From positions 3,328,001 through 3,392,000 of the forward strand of contig OY762209.1 of NCBI GenBank assembly GCA_963665295.1: a DNA stretch of 64,000 bases, read 5' to 3'. Shown piece by piece: positions 31,584 through 41,412 of the stretch. Every line of letters starts with the position of its first letter. Positions within the stretch are counted from its first letter, which is position 1. Origin of the DNA: Syntrophorhabdaceae bacterium. GTDB lineage: Bacteria; Desulfobacterota; Syntrophorhabdia; Syntrophorhabdales; Syntrophorhabdaceae. Under the pieces are notes generated by a model. It was not told the DNA's origin. It did not search any database and saw only the letters and a list, made by a program, of their open reading frames with translations. The position numbers and the translations under genes were made by a program.

Positions 31584-32747
31584 TTACAACTTCAGCGTTT
31601 TCAGACGCTTTATGGCTTCCCGAATCCTCTCTTCGTTTATGGTGATGGATATTCTGAAGTAGCCTTCGCCTTCGTCTCCGAAGCCGCTGCCCGGTGTGAC
31701 GACGATACCCGTCTCTTCAATAAGCTTTTCGCAAAAATCGGCCGATGTATAGCCTTCAGGCACCTTGGCCCATATGTAGAAGGTGGCCCGGGGTTTGTCG
31801 ACCTTGATACCCACGGAGTGAAGTCCTTCCACGACCAGATCTCTTCTCTTCTGGAATGTCTCTTTCATGGCCGCCACGGAATCCTGATTGCCCGTAAGGG
31901 CTTCAATCCCGGCATACTGGATGGCCTGGAACACCCCCGAATCGATATTGGTCTTCAGTTTTCCAAGGTTGTATATGGCGTCCGCATTACCTACGGCGAA
32001 GCCGATCCTCCAGCCGGTCATGCAGTATGTTTTCGAGAGTGAGTGAAATTCGATGGAATGCTTCTTCTCCTTATCGAATTCGAGAATGCTCCTCGGGTTG
32101 TACCCGTCATAGGCGATCTCGCTATACGCGGCGTCGTGGCAGACAAGGATATCGTATTTTTTTGCCACGTCGAGAACCTTCATGTAAAATTCGTCATCCC
32201 CGTGCGCTCCTGTAGGGTTGTTCGGATAGTTGACGAACAGGAGTTTTGCCTTCCGGAGCACGTCCTCGGGGATGAGGTCGAACCTGGGCAAATATCCGTT
32301 TTCTTCCAACAAAGGCATGATATAAGGCGTGCCTCCCGCAAGGAGGGTTGTTATCTTGTACACAGGATAGCCTGGGGAAGGGATAAGGGCGACATCCCCA
32401 CTCTCGATGTAGGCCCACGGCAGATGGGCGATTCCTTCTTTTGAGCCGATGAGGGTGACCACTTCGGTGCGAGGATCCAGGTCTACCCCGAAACGTGTGA
32501 GGTACCAGTCGGTAACGGCTTTTCGGAACTCGAACATCCCCTCATAGCTGGGGTACTGGTGATTCTTCGGGTTTGCCGTCTCTCTCTGCATGCACTCCAC
32601 GATGTTATCCGGGGTGGGGATATCAGGGTCGCCGATTCCGAAATCTATAAGGTCAATGCCCCTGCTTCTTGCCTCGGTCTTCTTTTTGTCAATCCGGGCA
32701 AACAGGTAAGGGGGAATTTTCTCAACTCTCGATGCGGGTTTGGTCAT
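31584..32747 (-). CDS. dapL: LL-diaminopimelate aminotransferase
   Basis: [46 protein letters not shown]. Confidence 0.85.
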   Translation of the reverse strand: MTKPASRVEKIPPYLFARIDKKKTEARSRGIDLIDFGIGDPDIPTPDNIVECMQRETANPKNHQYPSYEGMFEFRKAVTDWYLTRFGVDLDPRTEVVTLIGSKEGIAHLPWAYIESGDVALIPSPGYPVYKITTLLAGGTPYIMPLLEENGYLPRFDLIPEDVLRKAKLLFVNYPNNPTGAHGDDEFYMKVLDVAKKYDILVCHDAAYSEIAYDGYNPRSILEFDKEKKHSIEFHSLSKTYCMTGWRIGFAVGNADAIYNLGKLKTNIDSGVFQAIQYAGIEALTGNQDSVAAMKETFQKRRDLVVEGLHSVGIKVDKPRATFYIWAKVPEGYTSADFCEKLIEETGIVVTPGSGFGDEGEGYFRISITINEERIREAIKRLKTLKL

Positions 32748-32894
32748 GGTACGGGCTCCTCAGAATTTATTTCCCTATTCATGTAATGTTTTTTTCCCCC
32801 AAAGTAAAGTATTTTTTGTGGTCCCATCCCCTTCCGCTACCACCGTCGATGATTTTATTTGAAACCTCACCCCTTATGTGTAAAAATAAGCGGA

Positions 32895-33362
32895 ATGGAC
32901 CCGTTCCTGAAAAAAATACCCCATAATTTCCCCCTTTCCGAGAGGCCTTACAAGGTGATGGCGGAGAATGTGGGCATGAGTGAGGAGGAGTTCATAAAGA
33001 GGTTGAAAGATCTCAGGAGTGAGGGCACGGTAAGAAGGGTTGCGGCCATCCTTTATCACCGGAAGGCCTTGTACACCCATAACGCCATGGTGGTATGGAA
33101 AGTGGAAGAGAGAGATATGGAGAGGGTAGGGGAGAGTATGGCCTCCTTCCCTGAAGTGAGTCACTGCTATGAAAGAGAGACGGGAGGGTACTGGGAATAT
33201 ACGCTTTACACCATGATACACGGAAAGGACTTGGAAGCGTGCATGGACGTGGTGAAGCGTATGTCGGAAAAGACCGGTATAAAAGAATTCGAAGTCTTTT
33301 TGAGCAAAAGGGAGTTCAAGAAAACATCATTGTCGGTGGAAGAAGAGGCGTTTCCGGTTTGA
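32895..33362 (+). CDS. ahbB: Siroheme decarboxylase subunit (AhbB/NirH-like, Lrp/AsnC fold)
   Basis: FPL..RPY, NAMVVW, VSHCYER, YTMIHG, REFKKTS; upstream of hemL. Confidence 0.8.
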   Translation: MDPFLKKIPHNFPLSERPYKVMAENVGMSEEEFIKRLKDLRSEGTVRRVAAILYHRKALYTHNAMVVWKVEERDMERVGESMASFPEVSHCYERETGGYWEYTLYTMIHGKDLEACMDVVKRMSEKTGIKEFEVFLSKREFKKTSLSVEEEAFPV

Positions 33363-33407
33363 GAAACGGAAGGGTTGAGGAAAATATATGACAGCAGAAG
33401 GGCGGAT

Positions 33408-34697
33408 ATGAAAAGAGTCGAATCGGCGAGGCTATACGAACGGGCACGCCTGCTTATGCCCGGCGGGGTAAACAGTCCGGTCAGGGCTTTCCTTTCCGTG
33501 AATGACGCGCCTTTTTTTGTGAGGAATGCCAAAGGGCCTTACATTTATGACGTGGATGGGAATGAGTACGTGGATTATGTGTCCTCCTGGGGCGCCATTA
33601 TACTTGGCCATGCCCATGATGGCCTGATCCACGAGGTTGGCGACGCACTCATGGAAGGGACCAGTTTCGGCGCGTGCCACCCTCGCGAGGTCGAAATTGC
33701 GGAGATCATTAATTCCGCTTTTCCGAGCATGGAGATGTTGAGGCTCGTCAGTTCGGGGACGGAGGCGACTATGAGCGCGATCCGCCTTGCGAGAGGATAT
33801 ACGGGAAGAGACGGCGTCATCAAATTCAAGGGGTGCTATCACGGCCACGTGGATAGTCTCCTGGTGAAAGCCGGGTCGGGACTTGCCACCTTCGGCAGTC
33901 CTGATAGCGCGGGTGTTCCGAAAGACCTTGCACGTTTTACCTATGTGGCTGATTTCAATCACCTGGAATCGGTAAAGGAGATTGTCAAGGCCCATAAAGG
34001 CGAGATTGCATGCATTATCCTTGAGCCCATTATGGGAAACATGGGGGTCATCCTGCCCTACAGGTCGTTTCTTGAGGGAGTGCAGGAGATTTGCGCGGAT
34101 AACGGTATACTCCTTGTCTGCGACGAGGTGATCACAGGCTTCCGGGTTTGTTACGGGGGTGCCCAACACCTCTATAACCTGAAACCTGACCTTACGTGCC
34201 TGGGTAAGATCATAGGCGGTGGTTTCCCCATAGGAGCCTTCGGAGGCAGAAAGGAGATCATGGAGCGGCTGGCCCCTCTCGGAGACGTATACCAGGCGGG
34301 CACCCTGTCGGGGAATCCTGTGGCGGTGAGGGCGGGCATCTATGTCCTGAAATATTTGAAAGAATATTCGCCTTACAGCCTGCTGCGCGAGAAGGTCGAT
34401 TTTCTGCGTGAAGGTATAACCGGGATCGCCGCGAAGTCGGGTGTCAACTACACGATCAACGGCGTACCGGGCATGTTTACAGGTTTCTTCTCGGAGAATG
34501 AAGTAAGCGATTATGACGCCGCCTGCAAATCGAACAGGGCTTTATACGAACGATTTTTCAAACTTATGCTCGAAGAGGGCGTATCGTTTGCCCCGAGCCC
34601 TTTCGAAGCCGCCTTTGTCACCCTGAGCCATGGCGGGAAAGAGTTAAACAGGACACTCGCTGCATTCGAGAAGGTTTTTAGAAATCTGAAGGAATAA
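33408..34697 (+). CDS. hemL: Glutamate-1-semialdehyde 2,1-aminomutase
   Basis: PGGVNSPVRAF, SGTEATMSA, GCYHGHVD, DEVITGFR, GKIIGGG, YQAGTLSGNP. Confidence 0.97.
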   Translation: MKRVESARLYERARLLMPGGVNSPVRAFLSVNDAPFFVRNAKGPYIYDVDGNEYVDYVSSWGAIILGHAHDGLIHEVGDALMEGTSFGACHPREVEIAEIINSAFPSMEMLRLVSSGTEATMSAIRLARGYTGRDGVIKFKGCYHGHVDSLLVKAGSGLATFGSPDSAGVPKDLARFTYVADFNHLESVKEIVKAHKGEIACIILEPIMGNMGVILPYRSFLEGVQEICADNGILLVCDEVITGFRVCYGGAQHLYNLKPDLTCLGKIIGGGFPIGAFGGRKEIMERLAPLGDVYQAGTLSGNPVAVRAGIYVLKYLKEYSPYSLLREKVDFLREGITGIAAKSGVNYTINGVPGMFTGFFSENEVSDYDAACKSNRALYERFFKLMLEEGVSFAPSPFEAAFVTLSHGGKELNRTLAAFEKVFRNLKE

Positions 34698-34707
34698 TAA
34701 AGATACT

Positions 34708-35826
34708 ATGATAAGAATACCGAGAGCCGTTGCATATGTGGATTTGAGTGCACTGGAAGAGAACTACATGACCATAAAAACGTACCTCCCTGCGGGAGTG
34801 AAGGTCCTCTGTGTGGTGAAGGCCGATGCCTATGGCCACGGGGCTTTGGAAGTGGCCCGCAGGCTTGAGTCGAATGATGCGGACTATCTTGGGGTCGCAA
34901 CCATCGACGAAGGTATGGAACTCCGCGAGAGCGGCATCAGCACCCCCATCCTTATCATGAGCGGTATATTCCCCTGGGACGACGTGGGGGCCCTGTTCCG
35001 AAACGGGCTTACTCCGGTGGTGCACGACCTTGTTACTCTTGACAGAATCTCAGAGGAAGGCAGTCATTTCGACGAACCCTTAAAGGTACATCTTAAGGTT
35101 GATACCGGCATGGGAAGGCTCGGTTTCTCCGTAGATGATATTTCCTATGTGGCAGAGCGTGTCAAGGAGATGGGAAGTGTGAAGGTGGAGGGCTTCATGA
35201 GTCACTTCTCCGCCTCGGAGACAAGAAACGAGTACGGGACAAACCAGATAGCCCTTTTCAAGACGGCCCTTCAGACCCTGCAAGACGCAGGCGTCGATCC
35301 GGAGATTATCCACATGGCAAACAGCGGCGCCCTGACCACCTACCCCGATGCCTATTTCTCGATGATCCGGGTCGGGATCAACCTCTATGGCTCCCATGCG
35401 GCGCAGGGACTGAGAGAGAAGATGGCCTTGAGGCAAGTGATGAAGTTCGTCTCCAAGATAAGTCTTCTGAGAGAATTTCCGGAGGGAGTCACATTGAGCT
35501 ATGGCGGGACGTACACGACGAAGAAGAATACCCGGGTGGCATATATTCCTGTCGGATATGCCGACGGCTTGCCGAGGATGCTATCCAACAAGGGCTCCGT
35601 GTTGATAAAGGACAAGAGATGCAGTATCGTGGGGAGAATCTGCATGGATTGGCTCCTGGCGGACGTGACCTACCTTGATGACGTCGATGTGGGAGAAGAG
35701 GTGATAATCCTGGGCGAGGGCGACACTCAGACTATTACCGCCGACGAGATAGCTGATCAGGCGTGCACGATCCCCTATGAAATACTTTGCGGTATATCGA
35801 GGAGAGTCATGCGGGTCTACATCTGA
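34708..35826 (+). CDS. alr: Alanine racemase
   Basis: VVKADAYGHG, KVDTGMGRLG, GYADG, GRICMD, TIPYE. Confidence 0.97.
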   Translation: MIRIPRAVAYVDLSALEENYMTIKTYLPAGVKVLCVVKADAYGHGALEVARRLESNDADYLGVATIDEGMELRESGISTPILIMSGIFPWDDVGALFRNGLTPVVHDLVTLDRISEEGSHFDEPLKVHLKVDTGMGRLGFSVDDISYVAERVKEMGSVKVEGFMSHFSASETRNEYGTNQIALFKTALQTLQDAGVDPEIIHMANSGALTTYPDAYFSMIRVGINLYGSHAAQGLREKMALRQVMKFVSKISLLREFPEGVTLSYGGTYTTKKNTRVAYIPVGYADGLPRMLSNKGSVLIKDKRCSIVGRICMDWLLADVTYLDDVDVGEEVIILGEGDTQTITADEIADQACTIPYEILCGISRRVMRVYI

Positions 35827-36539
35827 GGGCCTTTATCCGGGGCGTCTGATGTGTTCTTCCGCGGTCCCCGTCGTTTCCTTATCAGGTTGAAGATAAGGGG
35901 AGTGACACTGAGAAAGGCGAGGGCGACGAAGGCGCTCAGAATATTGGGTGACAGCACGTCGCGGGCCGAGTTTATCGTATCGAGTTGGCTTCCCGCAAAT
36001 GAATAGACCAGGTCTCCCGGCAGTATCCCCACGGCCGTGGTCCATACGAAAGTCCACAGACGAATCCGCGTGAGTCCGGCGAGAATGTTGATGAGAAAGA
36101 AGGGAAAAACAGGAATGAACCGCACGGTGAGCAGGTAATTGCGACCGCGGGAGGCCATCTCGCTGTTGAACCGTTCGAGTTGTTTTTCGTACCGCCTCTG
36201 AAGCCAGTCCCCCAGAAGGTACTTCGTGATGATGAATACGATGGCTGACCCCATGGTCGCTCCCATATTGACCAGGATAGCCGCTTTGATTGTGCCGAAC
36301 AGAAACCCGCCCGCTAATGTCAATATCACCGCCCCTGGAATGGAAAGGGCGACCGCCGCCGCGTAGATGACGACATATGCCACGGGTGACTGGACCGGGT
36401 GGGCATCCACGTAGAGGTGAATCGTCTCCTTATGCGTTTTCAGGCTGTCGAAGGTGAGATAATTGCTGACACCTGAGAATTTTACGGCGGCCACGCATAG
36501 GCAGAGGGCAAGAATGAGGAGTATCTTTTTCCGTGTCAT
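35817..36539 (-). CDS. TVP38/TMEM64 (DedA/SNARE-associated) membrane protein
   Basis: SIPGAVILTLAGGFLFG, RFIPVFPFFLIN. Confidence 0.88.
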   Translation of the reverse strand: MTRKKILLILALCLCVAAVKFSGVSNYLTFDSLKTHKETIHLYVDAHPVQSPVAYVVIYAAAVALSIPGAVILTLAGGFLFGTIKAAILVNMGATMGSAIVFIITKYLLGDWLQRRYEKQLERFNSEMASRGRNYLLTVRFIPVFPFFLINILAGLTRIRLWTFVWTTAVGILPGDLVYSFAGSQLDTINSARDVLSPNILSAFVALAFLSVTPLIFNLIRKRRGPRKNTSDAPDKGPQM

Positions 36540-36551
36540 ATCCGGAATCCT

Positions 36552-37241
36552 TTAGAGGATCGCCTCTTTATTGTCCGTGATGCATGTCATTGTGGCAGAA
36601 AAACAGGGTGCGCGGTCGGTATGTTCGCGGTAGAACGCCCGCAGGTCCTCCAAAGTATCCATGTCCCTTCGTGCGGGCAGGACGCCCACGGTTAATCCTT
36701 TCCGCAAAAGGATCCCCATTGTCTCCCGGTACACCGTTTCCGTACTCCACGTGATTCCGTCGAAGGCTTCCGGGGCAAAGCGGTCCTTCTGGAAACCTAT
36801 CATGTAGTAGCCGCCGTCAAGGGCGGGTCCGACCGCCGCACCCCTTTCTTTGAGGGCCAGGAAGGCGTCGAGGATAAGGCCGCCCGTCAGACCGGGAATA
36901 TCACTCCCCACCAGGACCACTCGCGAAAAACCCTCACGAAATACGGTCAGGAAGGCGTTCCTCATCCTTGCTCCCAGATTGTTCCCCGTCTGTTCGATAA
37001 GGGTAATGTCCGGGCCGAGCCAGTTCTTTACGCTCTCATAGGAACCGGCGGGGTGGAAGGCGACTCTGAATTCGTAGGATCTCATTCGTATTGTCCTGAG
37101 GAGGTCATCTACAAAACACCTGTAAAGTTTTGTGGCGAGGGAGATGCCGAGTTGTTCCGCGAGACGTCCTTTTACCCTGGCCCGTGCAGGGTCCTTGACC
37201 ATCATGATAAGACAGGCATCGGATGCTCCGGAAGGTTCCAC
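36552..37241 (-). CDS. TIGR04282/DUF2064 glycosyltransferase-like protein
   Basis: K.P...VK.RL, Q.G.NLG.RM..AF, GSDIP, GPALDGGYY.IG, WST, D.DT.EDL. Confidence 0.88.
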   Translation of the reverse strand: MEPSGASDACLIMMVKDPARARVKGRLAEQLGISLATKLYRCFVDDLLRTIRMRSYEFRVAFHPAGSYESVKNWLGPDITLIEQTGNNLGARMRNAFLTVFREGFSRVVLVGSDIPGLTGGLILDAFLALKERGAAVGPALDGGYYMIGFQKDRFAPEAFDGITWSTETVYRETMGILLRKGLTVGVLPARRDMDTLEDLRAFYREHTDRAPCFSATMTCITDNKEAIL

Positions 37242-37328
37242 GCTTCCCCTTTCAATGGCAGGTTTTCGGGAAGTCCCGTGTTCCGAGACCTCCTTAACCC
37301 AAATATAAGGCCGCCGGACCGGGTTGTC

Positions 37329-38018
37329 CTACTCTTTTGGATAGAACTTCGCGAGCTTTTCAGGAGGGACCTTGAATACATAGAAGGCCCGGAGTATCCA
37401 GTTCCGCAGCATGCAGGCCACCACGCCTTCCTTCTGCCATCTCCTCGCCGATGTGCGTACCTTCGCAGGTATGAGGACTATCGTATGTCCCTTTGACCTT
37501 ATTCTCGCCATGAGGTCCACGTCCTCCATGATGGGTATGTCCCGATAGCCTCCTATTTCCAGGAAGTAATCCCGACGCATGAATATGGCCTGATCGCCGA
37601 AAGGCACACGTGAGATATGGGCTCTCAGGAAAGATCCCCACTCTATAGCCCGGAAGAGCAGTCCCTTTGCGTTGATGCCAAGGGCGAAAGCACCCGCCTT
37701 GTACGTCGGGTTTTCCATAGCTGCGGAGGCCATGGCAAGCCCGTTCCCGGGCAGTTCCGTATCGGCGTGGAGAAAGAGAATGATTTCTCCGGTCGCGTGG
37801 GCGGCGCCGGCGTTCATCTGGGGCCCCCGGCCCGGACGGGAGATTACCCCTGTTATGTTTTTGTGGGTTATGGAGTGAAGCGTATTCCCCGTGCCATCAC
37901 CGTCCACGACGATGATCTCGACCTCGGAGGTGTGATCGAGGGCCCTCACGTGGGCAATGATCTGATCGATCCTATCCGATTCGTTCAGTACGGGAATGAC
38001 TATGGAGATATGGGGCAT
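37329..38018 (-). CDS. TIGR04283 family GT2 glycosyltransferase
   Basis: SIVIPVLNE, GRGPQMNAGA, FLHADT, PFGDQA, PIMEDV, TSARRW. Confidence 0.9.
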   Translation of the reverse strand: MPHISIVIPVLNESDRIDQIIAHVRALDHTSEVEIIVVDGDGTGNTLHSITHKNITGVISRPGRGPQMNAGAAHATGEIILFLHADTELPGNGLAMASAAMENPTYKAGAFALGINAKGLLFRAIEWGSFLRAHISRVPFGDQAIFMRRDYFLEIGGYRDIPIMEDVDLMARIRSKGHTIVLIPAKVRTSARRWQKEGVVACMLRNWILRAFYVFKVPPEKLAKFYPKE

Positions 38019-38105
38019 GGGGGCCTTCTACCATGGCTTACGACCTGTAGCTTTGGACCGGTCCAGTGGAGCCGGTCTCAGTCGGCCCTTGAGGAAGGAG
38101 ACTTC

Positions 38106-39380
38106 TCAGTCGGGATCGCTTTTGCGCAAAGTAACGTAGGAAAACTTCTCCTTGAAGCTGTCGGGGGACATATTCGCGGTCTTGGCGAGACGCGCAAGCT
38201 GATCTCCTTCGAAATCATCTCTCTCCAGCCTTATCATATAGTTTCGCGCCACCTCATAGATCTCGGAATTGATGTTCACCTTCCGAATCTTGATACGGCC
38301 CTTGTCGTCGACCATTTCTACAAAGGGCACGGGTATGATGCGTCCTTCATACTCCACTATCATTGCCGCCGTGCCTCCTTTAAGGAGATAGCGTACGGCC
38401 CCGTAACCAAGGTTTCTTGTGTAGTCTATATCGAAAGGTAAGGGCGGTGCGGCCCTCAATTCGTACCCGATGGCTTTCTCCATCACCGTGAGCTTTATGC
38501 CCAAGGTTTTAAGCTCTTCCATTACGAGACGTTTGAGAATTCTCTCTATTTGAAGCTCCGGCAGGCTGACCCTTCCCGCTTTATCCAGTTCTACTTCGGG
38601 GAGGTCGCTCAGTTCATCGAGGTTGCATTTTTCCGCTATGCCTTCAGCAAGCACCACAACCCCGTGATCCTTTCCCATGGAAAGCCGTTTTATGATGGAA
38701 CCTGTAAGAATATCGACGATCTTCCCGAGGGACGCGGTCCCTTCCGTGAACTCTTCAGGTATAAGGCACATGGTGGCTCCCGAGGCTTTGCACATTCCCA
38801 GGGCGAGGTGCCCGGTATGGCGGCCCATGGTGGCGACAAAATACCATCTGCCCATGGTCCGTGCGTCCTCCATGAGGTTATTGATGATTTTTACGCCCAT
38901 GTGTCTGGCGGTCTGGAACCCGAACGTCGAAAACCCGCCCGGAATGGGAATGTCATTATCGATGGTTTTCGGGGTATGAACGACATTAATCAACCCCCGG
39001 CCCTCTCTTTCAATCCAGTTTGCCATGTAGAGCGTGCCCTCTCCGCCGATGGTGATAAGATGCTTTATCCCGATCTGCTTCAAGGTGTTCATGAGGGTCT
39101 TGAACTTCTTCTGCGCGTCCTCAGGCGTGTCACGGGACGTCCTCAAAATTGAGCCGCCGGTGGTGTGGAGTCGCGACACCAGGTCGATGGTGAGGGGCAT
39201 CACGCACTCGCGGTCGCCCGCAAAGAGGCGCGAAAATCCACCCACAATTCCTACCACTTTCTTTCCGTGATTGATTGCTTCTATAGTTGCCGCACTGATG
39301 ACCCCGTTGATACCCGGAGCCGGACCGCCTCCAACAACAATGCCTACCGTTTCTTTTTCCATTGTGAGACATTTTTGCAT
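38106..39380 (-). CDS. 6-phosphofructokinase (PfkA superfamily, PPi-type-like clade)
   Basis: GGPAPGIN, GGSILRTSR, GGEGT, PKTIDND, MGR, GYELR; start may be 39362. Confidence 0.9.
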   Translation of the reverse strand: MQKCLTMEKETVGIVVGGGPAPGINGVISAATIEAINHGKKVVGIVGGFSRLFAGDRECVMPLTIDLVSRLHTTGGSILRTSRDTPEDAQKKFKTLMNTLKQIGIKHLITIGGEGTLYMANWIEREGRGLINVVHTPKTIDNDIPIPGGFSTFGFQTARHMGVKIINNLMEDARTMGRWYFVATMGRHTGHLALGMCKASGATMCLIPEEFTEGTASLGKIVDILTGSIIKRLSMGKDHGVVVLAEGIAEKCNLDELSDLPEVELDKAGRVSLPELQIERILKRLVMEELKTLGIKLTVMEKAIGYELRAAPPLPFDIDYTRNLGYGAVRYLLKGGTAAMIVEYEGRIIPVPFVEMVDDKGRIKIRKVNINSEIYEVARNYMIRLERDDFEGDQLARLAKTANMSPDSFKEKFSYVTLRKSDPD

Positions 39381-39469
39381 CTTTCGGGTTGTTTATGCAA
39401 GAGTTTTCTGCGATTATTTTGCGAACAACTTATCCGTTTCCCATGTGGGAACATTGAGGCGGTGACTAT

Positions 39470-40303
39470 ATGAAACTCGGATTCCACATCTCCATTTCGA
39501 AGGGTTTTGACTGGGCTTTCAGAGAGGGGGAAAGGCTATCCTGCGAGGCCATGCAGATTTTCGTGAAAAACCCCAGATCATGGGCAGGAAAGACTTGGAA
39601 GGATGAGGACAGGGAGTCTTTCACGCGGCGGTGCCAGGATATGCCGGTTTTTGCCCATATGACCTATCTTCCGAATCTCGCCCGGGCGGATGAGGACGAA
39701 AAGCACATGAAAGGAATGCTGCAGGAGATGGATTTGTGCGTCCAACTCGGCATAGACTCCATGGTGGTCCACTGCGGTTCCAGGGAAGACAGGACGCGCG
39801 GCATCAGGGTCGTTGCGGAGGCCATCAACCGGGCCCTCGACACTCATGACATGAATATCATGCTGGAGACGGCGGCCGGTCAGGGCAGTTCGATAGGCGT
39901 GAAGCTGTCCGAACTGGCGATGATCTACGAAAACGTACGGAGAAAAGAGAAGGTATCCCTTTGCCTCGACACAGCCCATATCTTTCAGGCCGGCTACGAT
40001 ATTCGGAAGCGGAAGGTGTGGAACGGCGTTCTCCAGGCGACAGAAGGATACTTCGGAAGTGACAAGATAGGCCTCTTCCATCTGAATGATTCAAAGACCG
40101 CTCCAGGTAGCAGAGTTGACAGGCATTGGCACATCGGGGAAGGGCTGATAGGGACCGAAACCTTCAAGTTTATCATCAATGACAAAAGATTTGCCGGTCT
40201 CTCCGGGGTCATGGAGACCCCCAAGACCGGCGCGATGGACGAAATAAATATGAAAGTTATGCGATCCTTACTTTCTCCGCTGGTGTCTGGTCCTTTTGCG
40301 TAA
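39470..40303 (+). CDS. nfo: Endonuclease IV
   Basis: GFHISI, QIF..NPR, LET.AGQG, CLDTAH, HLNDSK, DRH.HIG.G, METP. Confidence 0.95.
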   Translation: MKLGFHISISKGFDWAFREGERLSCEAMQIFVKNPRSWAGKTWKDEDRESFTRRCQDMPVFAHMTYLPNLARADEDEKHMKGMLQEMDLCVQLGIDSMVVHCGSREDRTRGIRVVAEAINRALDTHDMNIMLETAAGQGSSIGVKLSELAMIYENVRRKEKVSLCLDTAHIFQAGYDIRKRKVWNGVLQATEGYFGSDKIGLFHLNDSKTAPGSRVDRHWHIGEGLIGTETFKFIINDKRFAGLSGVMETPKTGAMDEINMKVMRSLLSPLVSGPFA

Positions 40304-40360
40304 CTTACGATATTTATGCTTCCTGATCTTCTTTTTTCTCCACTTTAAAACACTTCCCAT
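40268..40360 (-). CDS. 30S ribosomal protein bS22 / AURKAIP1-COX24 domain small protein (30 aa)
   Basis: Manual translation MGSVLKWRKKKIRKHKYRKLRKRTRHQRRK*; GAGGTG RBS upstream; below the ORF track cutoff. Confidence 0.85.
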   Translation of the reverse strand: MGSVLKWRKKKIRKHKYRKLRKRTRHQRRK

Positions 40361-40580
40361 TACTCACCTCATCGTTTTGTAGAAAACTGACACCCCATCT
40401 GCGTGTGCATATTTAAGACGGTAAAAACATAACCTTCCTTTCCATTTTTTGCAACAATATAATGACGGAAACCGGCATAATTCGTCGCGAAACAGGAAGC
40501 CCATATACGCCGCACGTGATCGCAAGCCCCGGCTATGATACAAAAATACGGTCGCAGGCCCAACAATCCTTCGGATTATC

Positions 40581-40609
40581 TTGAAAGGCTCTCCAAAAAT
40601 AGCTATAAT
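40581..40609 (+). promoter_or_regulatory. sigma70 promoter of tRNA-Arg
   Basis: TTGAAA, 17 nt, TATAAT, ending 9 nt before the tRNA. Confidence 0.7.
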
Positions 40610-40618
40610 AAGACCCAC

Positions 40619-40693
<75 letters not shown>

Positions 40694-40771
40694 CATAATA
40701 GTTTCAATGGGTTACGTGAGATTCGCCCAGTCGACCAAGAGTGTCAGGCTGAAATCGGGTTGAAAGAAAGT

Positions 40772-40798
40772 AAAAACGGACTTTGAGTCCGTTTTTTT
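40772..40798 (+). terminator. Rho-independent terminator downstream of tRNA-Arg
   Basis: AAAAACGGACT-ttg-AGTCCGTTTTTTT. Confidence 0.75.
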
Positions 40799-40836
40799 AC
40801 GGCAGGGAAGGGATTTGCGCCCTGCATCTGTACTGA

Positions 40837-41218
40837 TTAGTCAAGCCTTTTAACCTCCCTATTTTTCAAAATCAGATAGTGCCTAATATTGTCGACGGAG
40901 AAAAACGATGGCTCATATCCCTTGTCTTCAAACCATTTGGCTATCACTTCACATAGTTCGTCTTCTTCGTTTAATTTTGCAAGGTAGTCATCAGCAGCAT
41001 CGCCAACCTCCTCAAAGGCTCCCTCTTGAATATTTTCGACAAAGCCGGTTATTCCATATTCAAACCAAAGATTTCATAGTAATTTTTCTCGACTCGCCTA
41101 TATAGAAATCTTCTCCGACTGGTAAGTCATCGACCATATAGTCAATAGCGTCTTGTTCAGTGTCGAAATCTTCCATATTAAACACATCATCGTCTAATGA
41201 CGTAATAAATTTCTTCAT
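40837..41218 (-). pseudogene. Frameshifted acidic phage-like hypothetical gene
   Basis: MKKFITSLDDDVFNMEDFDTEQDAID...KSLV* (stop ~41060) continues in the +1 frame as GITGFVENIQEGAFEEVGDAADDYL...YEPSFFSVDNIRHY...RLD*. Confidence 0.55.
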
Positions 41219-41412
41219 ACGTTTTTAAACAAAAATCCCGATTGTATCAGCCAACTGTTCGGAAAGCCAACTCAACGACTATTGTTTGAACAGTTGATTA
41301 GAAGTAGTTGAATAAACTAGTGATTATATTGTAGCATAGTGACAGAATTTGTAAAGTGGATAACCGAAAGGAGGGGGTTATATGCCATATAATCCAGAGT
41401 CAATAGCTAGAA

